Part shown: positions 46,948 through 60,600 of the stretch, piece after piece
Layout of the letters: every line of letters begins with the position of its first letter
Position numbering within the stretch: position 1 is the first letter of the stretch
Assembly: GCF_006345805.1 (NCBI RefSeq)
Contig: NC_043019.1
Coordinates: 23,311,360 to 23,375,359 of the forward strand
Source of the DNA: Octopus sinensis
Taxonomy: Eukaryota
Direction of reading: 5' to 3'
DNA: 64,000 bases
Made by a program: the position numbers and the translations under genes
The notes under the pieces: model-generated
What the model was told of the DNA's origin: nothing
Seen by the model: the letters and a program-made list of their open reading frames with translations, nothing else
The model's database searches: none

Positions 46948-49900
46948 TTACATACTAAAAATGTTTCTTCTAATCCCTTCCTCTTAAATGAATTCCCCCA
47001 AGGAAGCTTCTGTACCTGTGACCCTGTATAGGTCATTCAACATTACATTATTAAGTATATTAATGTACCCTTACAAAGTGAATTATATAGTGATGGTCTG
47101 TGGCTTAGTGGTTAGTGTAATTGGCTCACAACTGTAAGGTTGTGAGTTCAGTTCCTATGGCGTGTTGTGTTCTTGCTCCAGTCCACTTGTCTGACAAAAA
47201 TAAATTGTACCTGTAATTCAAAGGGTCAGCCATGTCACATTCTGTGTTATGCTGAATCATCATCATCATCGTCGTTTAACGTCCGCTTCCCATGCTAGCA
47301 TGGGTTGGCCGATTTGACTGAGGTCTGGCGAACCAGATCGCTGCACCAGGCTCCAGTCTGATCTGGCAGAGTTTCTACATTTGGATGCCCTTCCTAACAC
47401 CAACCACTCCGACAGTGTAGTGGGTGCTTTTACGTGCCACTGGCACGAGGGCCAGTCAGGCTGTAACTGGCAACAACCTTGCTCGAATGTTTTTTGACGT
47501 GCACCCAGCACAAGTGACAGTAAGGCGACACAGGTAACAATCACGCTCGAATGGTGCTTTTTATGTGCCACCGGCTCTCTGAGAACTGCATTAAGGGTAC
47601 ATGTGTCTGTGGAGTGCTCAGCCACTTGCACATTAATTTCGTGAGCAGACTGTTCCGTTGATCAGATCAATTGGAACCCTCGTCGCCATAACCGATCGAG
47701 TGCCGGTTATACTCTTATGTGATATATTATTGAGTACCTAACTTTAAATGCTGTTTCTAATGGTCCTCTCCTACAATCATCACCATTATCATTTAATGTT
47801 TGTTTTCTATGCTGGCAAGGGTTGGATGGTTTGTCAGGATCCTATGATCCGCTGGGCCGTATCAGGCCCTAATGTCAACTTTGGCATGATATCTACTGAT
47901 GGTTGCTCTTCTAAATATCAGCCATTTCACAGAGTGCATCATGTTCTTATATGGCACCAGCACTGGTGAAGTCACCAAGTAATATGCAAGGTAAAGAAAG
48001 GAATCCCTTCAACTGAATGGGAGTACATTTGAGAGATGGGCAGGGGGTCTTTATGCCAGGTGTTGAAGGCTAAAGTATGATAACGGGTCAAGCATGGCTA
48101 ATCTACATTATGTAGGCTGTGTATCTCCTCTATAACAAGACATGTGTGTGTGTGTGTCTTGTAATAGAGAAGATAGACAACCCATTTTAATGTGGGAGAT
48201 TGTGTGTATGTTTGTATATGGTAACTGAATAGACATGATATAGTGACATAGAGATGGTCAAAAACCCTGCTGTAATTGGAACTCCAACCACATGGGAAGG
48301 AGGGAGGGTGACTTTAAGTACTTTTAGCCATCTTATTTCCACATTCTACTTTAAAATATATCTCTCTCACATGCACACACACACACACACACACACATGC
48401 TTATCTTTATATGAAAAAACTGTGTGAAACTCTTTTCCTGGAACGCCGTGTCAAGTAGTTTCACATCCTCTCAATAAAGCTGTGTCTGTTGTTTAGCATG
48501 GAACCTCTTCCTGATCTAGTAGAACTGTGGTTCAGTGCCGTTAAAAGCCATTCATATTATTATTATTATTTGAACGAGCTGGCAGAATCATGAGAGTACT
48601 TCAGACAAAGTACTTAGTGGTATTTCCTCTATATCTCTTTACATTCCGAGTTCAAATTCTGCCTAAATCAATTTTGCTTTTCAGCTTTTTGGGGTCAATA
48701 AAATGAGTCAAACCCTGGGGGTTGATGTAATCGACTTACCCCCCCTCCCCCAAAATTGCTAACCTTGTGCCAAAATTTGAAACCATTATTATTATTATTA
48801 TTATTATTTGTACTTTATATTCTGGGATCAAATTCTGCTGAAGTCAACTTATCTCCTAAAATTATTGTCCTTTATTCTTTTACTTGTTTCATTCATTTGA
48901 CCGCTGCCCTGCTGGAGCACCGCCTTTAGTCAAACAAATCGACCACAGGATTTATTCTTTGTTAGCCTAGTACTTATTCTATCGGTCTCTTTTGCCGAAC
49001 CGCTAAGTTACAGGCACGTAAACGCACCAGCATCAGTTGTCGAGCGATGTTGGGGGGGGGGGACAAACACATACACATATATACGATGAGCTTCTTTCAG
49101 TTTCCGTCTACCAAACTATTTTCGTTAACTTTCTCAGAATGATGTTGTTTCTCTGTCTGATGGTGGGTGGATGTATAAAAAAAAAACTTTAACCCTTTCG
49201 TTACCAACCCAGCTGAAACCGGCTCTGGCTCTGAGTACAGATGTCTTGTTTTCATAAATTTTGAATTAAAATCTTCCACCAAACCTTAGTCACAATTTAT
49301 GTTCCTTACACTAGCTGAATGATAACAAAGTTATTTTATAAAAATTCTTTGTTATATTTAAAGTAATTGAAAGAAACACGGAGCATCTCAAAATAAATGC
49401 AGTAATTATTATATTTTTGTTGAAATACACTGCTTTTGTTTGGGCGGCTACAGTCAAATAACTGAAACAAGTAAAATAATGAAGAAGTTAGTAAAATAAC
49501 TATGTCATTATTATTATTAAGCTGTTTGGAATCTAACTTAACGTGGAATTTTGGCAGAAGGTTTTAATACAGCTCACTTTAAAACAAGGCATTTGTGTCA
49601 TAGAAACAGGAGCAGTCTCAGGTGGCTCAGCATCAAAATAGTTAACCCTTTTGTTTCTATATTTCTGTGTTAATACCCTGTGTTTATTTGAATTTAAATT
49701 TGAAAATAATTATGAATTTAGTAAACTGACTTTGTCGTTATTATGTTAGTGAATATGGCTGCAAGCTGGCAAAATCACACTGGGAAAAATGCTTAGCAAC
49801 ATTTCATCCTTTTATCTGCATTCTGAGTTCAAATTCCGTCGAGTTTGACTTTGCCATTTATCCTTTCAGGGCTAGACCAAACAAGTACCAGTCATGTACT

Positions 49901-50509
49901 GGGGTTGATGTAATTGACTAGCCCCTTCTTCCAAAATTTCAGGCCTTATGCCTATAGTAGAAAGGATTATTTAGTTAGTGAACGGAACTTAAATTACCAT
50001 GAAATTTTGATAGGGATGTTGATAGAATGTTTTGATAGAATTTAGATTACATTAAAACAGTGAAAATTCAAGGTTGGTCACAGGCAGGTTGGGATCAAAA
50101 GGTTTAAATCACTGTAGAAAAAGTAGAATCTTGTCTCACTCACCTCATACATTTCTGGATGATGATATAATGGTAAGAAAGGGATTCACAAACGGAAATA
50201 ATTTGCCAAGATAGTGTGAAGTATAAATTGTAATGTTGACAAACTCTTTGCATAAATGTGTGTGTGTGTATGTATATATATATGTATGTGTGTGTGTATA
50301 TATACACACACACATATATATATGTGTGTGTGTGTGTGTATATATACACACACACATACACATAATTATACACATACATACATATGAGAGGGATGACCAC
50401 TATGTGGACAACCCTTATGCTAGAAGTAGATCCGCTATGGTCTGACCACTAAGAAATGTTCTCAAGAAAATTAAAATTTAGCAAACACTGCAGTGAATTA
50501 TTTTCTGCA

Positions 50510-50546
<37 letters not shown>

Positions 50547-51041
50547 CATAAACACACAACCGTTGCTATTTGTTTTGTATACACAACGCTATTTGAGCCA
50601 ATCAGCAATGAAAGGAGTGTTCCACTGGTAACTATCCTGTTTAGTTATTTGTATCTAGGATTACATCAAAGCAAAGGTACATAACTGAGTAGTTAGGGCC
50701 GTAGACTATTAATTGGTAGTTCATGGGTTCAGCTTTTGGACCAAGTGAAAGACTTTGCATCCTCGAGCAAGGCATTATATTTCACATCACGTCAGCCCTC
50801 ACCATCATCATCACCACCACCACCAATGACTGTTGGGGTTTAACTCTGTAATGGGCTATTGTTTCCTTCAAGGGTGAGTTTTCTGCTCAGTCACTTAAAC
50901 CCTTTGGAAACTTTGGGGTAAGCTCTAAGCTCTAGCATAGTGGGGCATAAATTATAACTTTCCCTTTTTTTTTTTGTTTTGTTTTTAAGATGATAAGGTG
51001 TGATTTGGAGGATAAGCACGGTGGATGTTTAAATGATGATT

Positions 51042-51103
<62 letters not shown>

Positions 51104-51599
51104 TACATATACAAGGGGGTACTAAAAAGTTCCTGGCTTTGGGTAAAAGAATGATTTTATTCAACATATTCCCCTTTTAGATTCATTCACTTATTGCAGT
51201 GGTCCTTCAGTTTTTGTAAGCCCTGTAAAAGAACTCAGAAGCTAGGCCTCTAACAAGGCTTTTCATGATACCTTTAAAGCTATAGACTGTTTGGCATTCC
51301 CCCTGCCCCTACATCTGCATTTCCATGTGAGTAGCATGGGGGTCCAATAGTTTTTTTGTGAGGTTGTGTTTTACAGCCTGATATGCTTCCTGTTGCCAAC
51401 CCTTAATCACCTCTTAAAACATGCCGGGACACAGTGTAGCTAGTATAGGGGCAATGGATTGGCAGAATTTGGAAAGAGATGGACAAAATACCTTGCAGCA
51501 TTTATTCACATACCTTTACATTCTTGTTTCAAATCCCCTTTCAACCCTATAAGGTTGATAAAGGACCAGTGAATCCATTAAGTCAATATTATTTGATGT

Positions 51600-52135
51600 T
51601 CAGTTATGTGGGTGCTGGTACCTCATAAAAAACATTAGTGTCATGTAAAAAGCACTGGTGCTGGTTCCACATAAAATGTTCTGGTGCTGGTGCCACATGA
51701 ATAGCACTGGTAGTGGTGCCATGTAAAAAGGTGCTGGTCTCACGTAAAAAACACTGGTACTGGTGTCATGTAAAAAGCTCTGGTGATAGTACCACATAGA
51801 AAGCACTGGTGCTGGTACCATGTAAAAAGCTATTGTAGTGGTGCCATGTAAAAAAAACCTGGTGCTGGTGTCACACAAAAAGCTCTGGTGCTGGTGTCAC
51901 AAAAAGCTCTGATGCAGGTGTCACACAAAAAGCTCTGGTGCTGGTGTCACAAATAGCTCTGATGCAGGTGTCACACAAAAAGCTCTGGTGCTGGTGTCAC
52001 AAAAAGCTCTGATGCTGGTGTCACACAAAAACCTTTGGTGTTGGTGTCACATAAAAAGCTCTGATGCTCGTGACACAGAAAAAGCTCTTGTACTGATGCT
52101 ACATAAAAAGCTCTGGTGCTGGTGCCACATAAAAA
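51600..52135. repeat. Minisatellite of about 26-30-bp units (GGTGCTGGTGTCACACAAAAAGCTCT-like)
   Basis: Direct reading; ends in a family C repeat tail. Confidence 0.85.
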
Positions 52136-52739
52136 AAGAATTGAGTACATTCTGTAAAGTGGTTGGCATTAGAAAAGGTGTCCAGTTGTAGAAACCAAGC
52201 TAAACCAGACTATGGAACCTAGTGTAACCTTGCTAGTTTCTGACAAGTTGTCTAACCCATGCCAGCATGGAAAACACATTAAATGTTGATTTTTCCAGGC
52301 ATTTACTGCCTTTCTTTATTGATTCTTCCAAATCTTAAAGACTGATGATAATACATGTAGACAGTCCTCCATGTTTCTGTGTGTATGTATGTAAATATTT
52401 TGTATTTATTTGACAAATGATTTGATTTGTGACTGTGTATTCTAACTACAACAAGTCTTATATTTTCAATGTTATATGTTTTTTTTTTTTTTAATCAGTC
52501 TTACAACCTAATCAATGAGACATTAATTTATTCTGTATATCCTATCATCTAATAATCTATTTCTATCAAAATAAAAATCAAATGGAAATTGTAGTTAAGA
52601 TATCTTCTGAACGTGGCTGATGCCAGCACCGCCTGACTGGCGTCCATGTTGGTAACACGTAAAAAGCACCAACCGATCGTGACTTGGGAAGGAGTCTTAT
52701 CCTTGTTATCCTATATTTATGTGTGTGTATATGCCAAAT

Positions 52740-53900
52740 CATGATAGTTACAGAGAGGGCCTAGATGAGATGCAGTTTGGTTTTGCACCTAGGAGAAGCA
52801 CTACTGGTACTATATTCCCTGTAAGGCAACTGCAGGAGAAGCATTTAGCTTAATAAACCCCTGTATTTGGTTTTTGTTGGCGTGGAGAAAGCCTTTGACA
52901 AAGTTCTCCCACTCACTAATTTAGTGGTTAGTGCAGAAGCTAGGGATAGATGAGTGGTTGGTGAGAGCCATACAAGCTATGTACACAGATCTTGAAAGCC
53001 TGCAATGTGTATATCTATATATTTAGTGTACAGGTAGGAATTCACCAAGGATTAGTCCTTAGAACTCCCACTCCACTCTTGTTTCTTTTAGTCCTCCAGG
53101 CCATAACAGGAATTTAAGATTGGTTGCCCTTGGGAGCTCCCTTATGACTGAATCTCTGCAAGAATTAAAGAAGAGATTTCAGGTGTGGAAGCAAGGTCTG
53201 GAATCTAAGAGACTTAGAGTTAATTTAGCAAAGACCAAACTCCAAGTAGGCAAGCAGACAAATCACCAATCCTTTCAGGGAGACGGGCCTGCTCAGTATG
53301 AAGAAAAGATGTAGGCAGTTTAGTGTACTTAGTGCAAGCTATGAACATGTAAGAGGTTCAGTGGTAGCACCTCTATGGGCAGCGAGCTGGCAGAAACGTT
53401 AGCACGCCGGGTGAAATGCTTAGCGGTATTTCGTCTGCCATTGCGTTCTGAGCTCAAATTCCGCCGAGGTTGACTTTGCCTTTCATCCTTTCGGGATCGA
53501 TAAATTAAGTACCAGTTACACACTGGTGTCAATGTAATCGACTTAATCCCTTTGTCTGTCCTTGTTTTTTTCCCTTTATGTTTAGCCCCTTGTGGGCAAT
53601 AAAGAAATAAGAGGTGAAGTGGTAGCACAGGAAGGTTAGCAGTGAAAGTTCTCTTACAATGTGGCAGATGTGCAGGTACAATAAACACTAAGACTCTACA
53701 GGAAATAAATTCCCTCAAATGCCTGGTGGGGTGGGATCTTTAGAAGTAGTAGATAGCTTTCATTCCTTAGGCAACCAAGTTAGCAGTGGAGGAGGACGCT
53801 GTGAAAGTGTAGTTGCTAGAATAAGAACGGGTTGGGCAAAATTCAGTAAAAGGAGTAAAAAGGAGGCTCACTCTCAGAGTGAAAGGCAGATTGTATGATG
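52740..53900 (+). mobile_element. Degenerate RTE-clade LINE RT fragment interrupted by a family B SINE
   Basis: MQFGFAPRRSTT, RQLQEKH, EKAFDK, KQGLESKRLRVNLAKTK; SINE at about 53385-53610. Confidence 0.82.
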
Positions 53901-54592
53901 CCTGAGTACCTAACCATGTGATCTCAGGTTCAGTCCTGCAGTGCAGCACCTTGGGCAAGTGTCTCCTATGATCATTCCCTGGCCAACCAAAGCCTTAAGA
54001 TTGGACTTGGTAGACAGAAACTGAAAGAAGCTTGTCATGTGTCTCTCTTCACATTATGTAATGGCTGTGGATGAATATCATCATCAACAGACAAGTGATG
54101 TTCATTTGCAATTTTCTATGAAGAAATCATTACCTTACTTGGAACCAGGCGAGGGTTGGCAACAGGAAGGGCATCTGCCCATAGAAAATCTGCATCTACC
54201 AACAAATTCCGCCTGACCCATACAGGCATGGAAAAGTGGATGGTGGTAATGGTTGTAGCAGTGATAATGGTGTGCAGAGGGAGTGGGGTTTATTTTGGTG
54301 GTAGTAATGATGATGATGATGATGCCAGTGGTGCTACTGCTGATGCTAGCCTGCTTTACTGATTCTACCAAGTGCACAATATATTCACATAACTTCACAC
54401 TACTGTCCTAGCTGATGCGATCCATTTTTGATTTCCTAACTCCATCCTTGCCAACCCTCCCCACTGACATTTTCTTCATTTGTAGTCATAGATAATAATC
54501 ATTCCTCTGTCTCACATTCTCTTTTTCTCTCTCTCTCTCCCTCTAGCATGTAATTCAATATAAGAACTACTCCATTCCAAAACACCACCAAA

Positions 54593-54662
54593 ATGACCAA
54601 CCAGGAAATCAAGTTACCTCCAAGATGGCTCCGTTGCCCACGGAGAGGAAAACCTATTGTTG
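54593..54662 (+). CDS. RNGTT: RNGTT first coding exon (exon begins about 54547 with 5' UTR)
   Basis: [11 protein letters not shown]; donor G|GTATGT; pyrimidine tract plus TAG acceptor at 54546. Confidence 0.93.
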
Positions 54663-57600
54663 GTATGTTTTATTCTTTTATTCTTTTATTGGTAACAATC
54701 ATTAGCCTGTGGCCATACTGGGGCACTGTCTTTCTAAGATGTAGTCGATTGCACTGAACGTAGTACTATTTTATTAAAAGCTTGAAAGGTAAGTTGGATT
54801 CAGCAGGATTTGAACCCCAGAATTAAAGGAATGTAATTAAATACAACAAGGTATTTTATTCTTTCTATCACTTACCCTGTTTGATAAAAAAATATAAGTA
54901 TGTATGTTTGATCTACACTGTTGTGTGTGTATATATATATATATATATAATTGAAGAGGTAAACTTAGAAACAAAGTTTAAGTCAATCAGCAAATTCCCA
55001 AATGGAAAACACATACACGTGCCATTTGAGTGACACTGGGGTGCGTTAATGTGCCACTGGCATGGGCGCCAATTTGTGTGACACTGGTATCTGCCACGAC
55101 TATGATTTTGCTTGGCTTAATGGGTCTTCTTCTCAGGCACATCATAGTCCCAAAGGTCTCTGTACACATATATGTATATCTATATATATAAAACTCAACT
55201 TGTGTGTGTCTGTGTGTTTAACTTCCCAGCACATCTCCTCCTAGCCAACAAATCATAGAACCACCAAAAATGGGTCACTTAAAGTTTAGGCGAATGAAAA
55301 TTGAACTGCGCTATTTCTGTTCTGAAATTCATCTCGCAAGTGCAAAAATCAATAATGTGTTTGTTTAGGCCTTATCCCATGCATTGAATAGTGAACTTTA
55401 CTCAGTCAGCTGTTTGACGTGAACTGTGTTCACCACGCGTGCAAGCATGCGTAAATTGCATGAAAAATAAAAAATCAAGATATAAAAACAAATCGCCGTA
55501 AACATTGTAGAAATTCGGCAAAGAAATGAATTTTCGGGATTTAGCCTGGAGGTTTTTTTCGTATTAATCGTTTGGACTTTGTGAAGACTTACCAATTGTT
55601 TTCATAACATTTTTAACGCTTTGAATTAAATGTGACCATTTTGCAAAGCCGGGCAATACTGCTAGTATATTTATATATGTGTGTGTGTGTATGTATAAAA
55701 CTTATCCAATTCTGTATATGCTGTTTCAAGTCCTCGTACTCATAGGGCCAGTTACCTGATTTCTATGGTATATAAATGATCAAGATCACAATGCTCCACC
55801 TGAGTGGGACACCAGTTCATCACAGATTCTGTACATGAGATATTGCGATTTGAGTGCAACCCATGCTAGCATGGAAAGCGGACGTTAAACGATGATGATT
55901 TTGAGATTTGGTTTATTTAAGCTGAATTTTTGTCACACACACACACACACACACATTCGGATGCTCCTTCTCATGCATATACACATACATGCACACCAAT
56001 CCATGCACACACACACACACACATCCACACACCCAATGGAAAGCGGACGTTAAACGATGATGATTTTGAGATTTGGTTCCTTTAAGCTGAGTTTTTGGCA
56101 CACACACACACACATACACACATTCAGATGTTCCTTCTCATGCATATACACATACATGCACACCAATCCACACACCTGCATGCACACACACACACACACA
56201 TCCACACACATATACATGTGCACACTCATTCACACACATAAACACGCAGACATGCATTCAGTAATCAAAATTGCTTTTATATCTTTCCAGGAAAATTTTT
56301 ACCTTTCAAAACTCCACTGGACTCAAGATACAATGGTCTCGTTGCTGATGAGTTCAAGTTTGATGTTGGTCTCCTATTTGGTTCTCTCAAGCATTACAAT
56401 GTAAGATTTTCGGTCTTTTATCAATAGTTTTCATGTTTTTATAACCATTGCCGTATGTACTTTTTACCTTTTCTTACCATATACACTGCCTTCGTTTCAA
56501 TGAATTTTGAACACAATGAATTTACTAAAATCATCATCATACATCTGTTCTCTATACTGGCATAGGTTGGATGGTTTGACAGGAGCTGGTCAGCTGGAGA
56601 GCTGCCCAGGTGACTGGCTCCTGTCAAACCACCCAACCCATGTCAACATGGAGAACAGATGTTAAATGAAAATGAGGATTTTGTCACTTTTAAACTGGTG
56701 TTTGGAACTTAAAATTAACGTGGAATGTTGATGGAAAGTTTTAATTTACATCAGTTTAACTCTTTCGTTACCATATTTATTTTGAGATGCTCTGTGTTTC
56801 ATTCATTTAATTTTAAATATAACAAAGAATTTAGTAAAATAACTTAGTTATCATTAAGCTAGTGTTAGGAACATAAATTGTGACTAAGGTTTGGTGGAAG
56901 ATTTTAATTCAAAACTTACGAAAACAAGACATTTGTACTCAAAGCCAGGTTGGTATCAAAAGGGTTAACCCTTTTGTAACTATATTTCTGTTGACACACA
57001 CTGCCTTTGTTTCTTGTAATTTTGAAAATAATGAAGAAATTAATAAAATAACTTTGTAATTAAGGCTGCGAGCTGGCAGAATCGTTAGCACGCCAGCTGA
57101 AATGCTCAGCAGTATTTCATCCATCCTTATATTCTGAGTTCAAATTCTACTGAGGTCCTTTTGTCGTTTTGGGAGTCAATACCAGTTAAACACTGGGGTT
57201 AATGTAATCAATTTAATTACTGCTGTGTAAGCGTATAAAAAACTGTACCCCTCTGCCAAGCCATGTAGGGCCTGTGTGGCAGGGTAGACTCCTTTTCATT
57301 ATGAAACTGGTGTGTGAAGCATAAATTAACATAAAATTTTGTTGGAAGGTTTGATTTTGATCACTTTAAAGCAGGAAGTTTGTATCATAGAATCAGATCA
57401 TAGATAATCTCAGGTGGGTTGATATCAAAAGAGTTAAAATCATTCTCAGGCAGAATCTGTGTGTCCATGGAATACCCTGCCACTTACATGTTGATTCAGT
57501 CGATTGAACAATTGAATCTTCACTGTTGAGCAGCAGAAATTCGTGACCAAACCATAGACTGTTGTGATGTCATTTTGGATGCCTTCATTCTACGCTCTGA

Positions 57601-60600
57601 GCAGTGGCACACTTCCACTGAGAATTGAATCTGTACCAAATTCATTGGAAGAACAGACTCTGCTTAGTGCTTTAACCAGTTAAATAATTTAGCTTGAGAA
57701 ATACCATGTTTCTAAGTCACACATACACACACACGTGCATATATGTACACACATACATTTTCACACTCGCATGCACATGTACACATATAAAACGCATGCA
57801 CACGGACATATATACAGACACAAATACACAAACTCACAATATATGTACACACTTTTACACAAACACACATGTGCACACACAGACACACATATTCATGTGT
57901 GTGTGTGTGTGTGTGTATGCACGTGTTTTCTATTGAATAGTCAATGTCTGTGAAGAAATAACCCATTATTTGTCTTATTTTCATTCCATTTTTACTCTCT
58001 TTCCGACACAGATGAAAATAGGAATGTGGATTGATTTGACTAACACGGACCGATTCTATGAAAGCTCTTCAATTGAGAAGGAAGATTGTAAATATTTAAA
58101 ATTAAAATGCCGCGGGTAATAAACTTATCTGTCTTGTTTTCCTGGTCTTTCTTATGACCAACACTTTTTTTTTCTTTGCCCCTTCATTATCAGACTTTGC
58201 AATTTTTTCTTCATTCCTACTCGATTCCACCCCTACATACATCAGTACCCACTTTGTGTTGTTCCTCCTACCCCACTGTGAAACTCGACTGTGTGATCAA
58301 GAAAGCACAAGCTTGGTTTTTGAGTTCAGTTTCATTGCACAGTACCTTGGGCCAAGGTCTTCTACTTATAGCCCTTGGCACCACCAATGCCTTATGAGTG
58401 AATTTGGTTGCAGGAAGCTGTGTAAAAGCCCATTGTGTGTGTGAATGTATGTTAGTGTGTGTGTGTGTATGTATGTCTTTGTGTCCATGTTTGACTTTTG
58501 TGTCTCTATCTCACAATGTGTTAGTCTTCGGAGCTTAGAGGTCCTTCTTCCCTCCAGACAGACACACACACACAAGTGGAACTTATGGAGCAAGTACTAG
58601 ACTGTAACATAAACTGGAGTTGATGTGGTCAACTAAAACACTCCAAGGTGGTGCCCCAGAATGGCTGCAGACAAATGTCTGAAATTGGTAAAAGAATAAA
58701 TGAATGATGTGGATCAGAAACCACAATAAACTTAAAGAGTTTGTGTTTGTGTGTGTGTTGTCACATGTCAGGAAGTTAAATCCTCACAGAGGAAACTGAA
58801 ATTGTCTGAGATGGTGTTATTCTGAACAACCTATACCAACATGTATGTATAACTGAAAGTGTATTAGGTACATTTTTATTGTGAATTGGTTGCATTTTGT
58901 TGCAGGTTAGGCACAGAAATTGTGTGTGTGTGTAATATAGTTGGATGATGGTTAGTAAACTGAAACTTCAAAGTCACAGTCAAACTTTTCCTGGTAAAAA
59001 TTAACATGGTACTCTACTCAGTAGTTTTAAGTGATATTTCAGTATAAGTTTCAACTGTTTATATATGTCCCACTGCGTGGCATCTTGGGTAAGTGTCTTC
59101 TACTATAGCCCCGGGCCGACCAAAGCCTTGTGAGTGGATTTGGTAGACGGAAACTGAAAGAAGCCTGTCATATATATGTATATATATATGTATGTGTGTG
59201 TTTGTGTGTCTGTGTTTGTCCCCCTAGCATTAACTTAGCGGTTCGGCAAAAGAGACCGATAGAATAAGTACTGGGCTTACAAAGAATAAGTCCCGGGGTC
59301 GATTTGTTCGACTAAAGGCGGTGCTCCAGCATGACCGCAGTCAAATGACTGAAACAAGTAAAAGAGTATATATATATATATCATCATCATCATCGTTTAG
59401 CATCCGCTTTCCATGCTAGCATGGGTTATATATATATATGTGTGTATGTATATATATTCAGAGTCTGCCAAAAAAATGTATACTCACTTCAGGAAAGGAA
59501 AAAATCTGTACAAATATTTTAATTCAGTGTTATCACAATTTAATGAAACATCAAAAGAGGTATTTATATTTATACAGGTACTTATGCAAGTTAATTATTT
59601 ATGCAGATTTTTTCCTTTCCTGAAGTGTGTATACATTTTTTTTTTTAGCAGACTTTATATATACATCATCATCACCATCATCATTTAATGTCCGTTGTCC
59701 ATGGATTGGATGGTTTGATCGGGTTGGCACACTGGAAGGCTGCACCAGATGCCAGTCTGATTTGGCATGGTTTCTACATCTGGATGCCCTTCCTAATGCC
59801 AACCACTCCAAGAGTATAATGGGTGCTTTTACATGCAACGAGCATGAGTGCCATTTGCATGACACTAGAATCTGTCACAACTGCAATTTTACTTGGCTTG
59901 ATGGGTCTTCTTCTCAAGCATGACATAATGGTCATTCATCATTACCTTCATGAGGCCCAGTGCTCAAAAGGAGCTTTTCGCACACCACTAGCATCAGCTG
60001 CTTAGCATACACACACACATATACATTACCAATGGCATGTGGGATACTGATTATATAAATGTATCATAAATCCATTATCAAATCATATCTCCAATAGTTA
60101 CTTTAAATAAATCTTTTTAAACATTATACAGGGTTGGCCAAAACTCACCCGACAGTATTTAAAAAAATAATTCCATAAATACTTAATTAATTTTGTTTAT
60201 TTATTCCAATCATGAATGTTTAATAATTAAATGCTGTGAGTTAAAAATCACCCTTTTTTTTTTCAACATTTGTCTATTCATTAGTGAGGTCTCATATAAA
60301 ATAATTTTTTGCTTTAATCTTGGAATTAAATGGGTCTTAATTTACTGTCAGGTGACTTTTGGCCAACTTTGTATTACTCTACAGATTTTTCATATGAACT
60401 GATTAACTATTAAGTAAAAAAGATTTTTGACATCATTTCTATATTGAGTTTCTGAGTTATGGTTAAGTGTCTGTATCTTAAAACATTTTGATACATTTCC
60501 TCATTAAAATTTAAGTTATATATATATGTGCATGTGTAAGTATTTGTGTGTGTGTGTGTATGTATGTAAGTGTATTTTCCTTTATATTTACTTAGTCATG

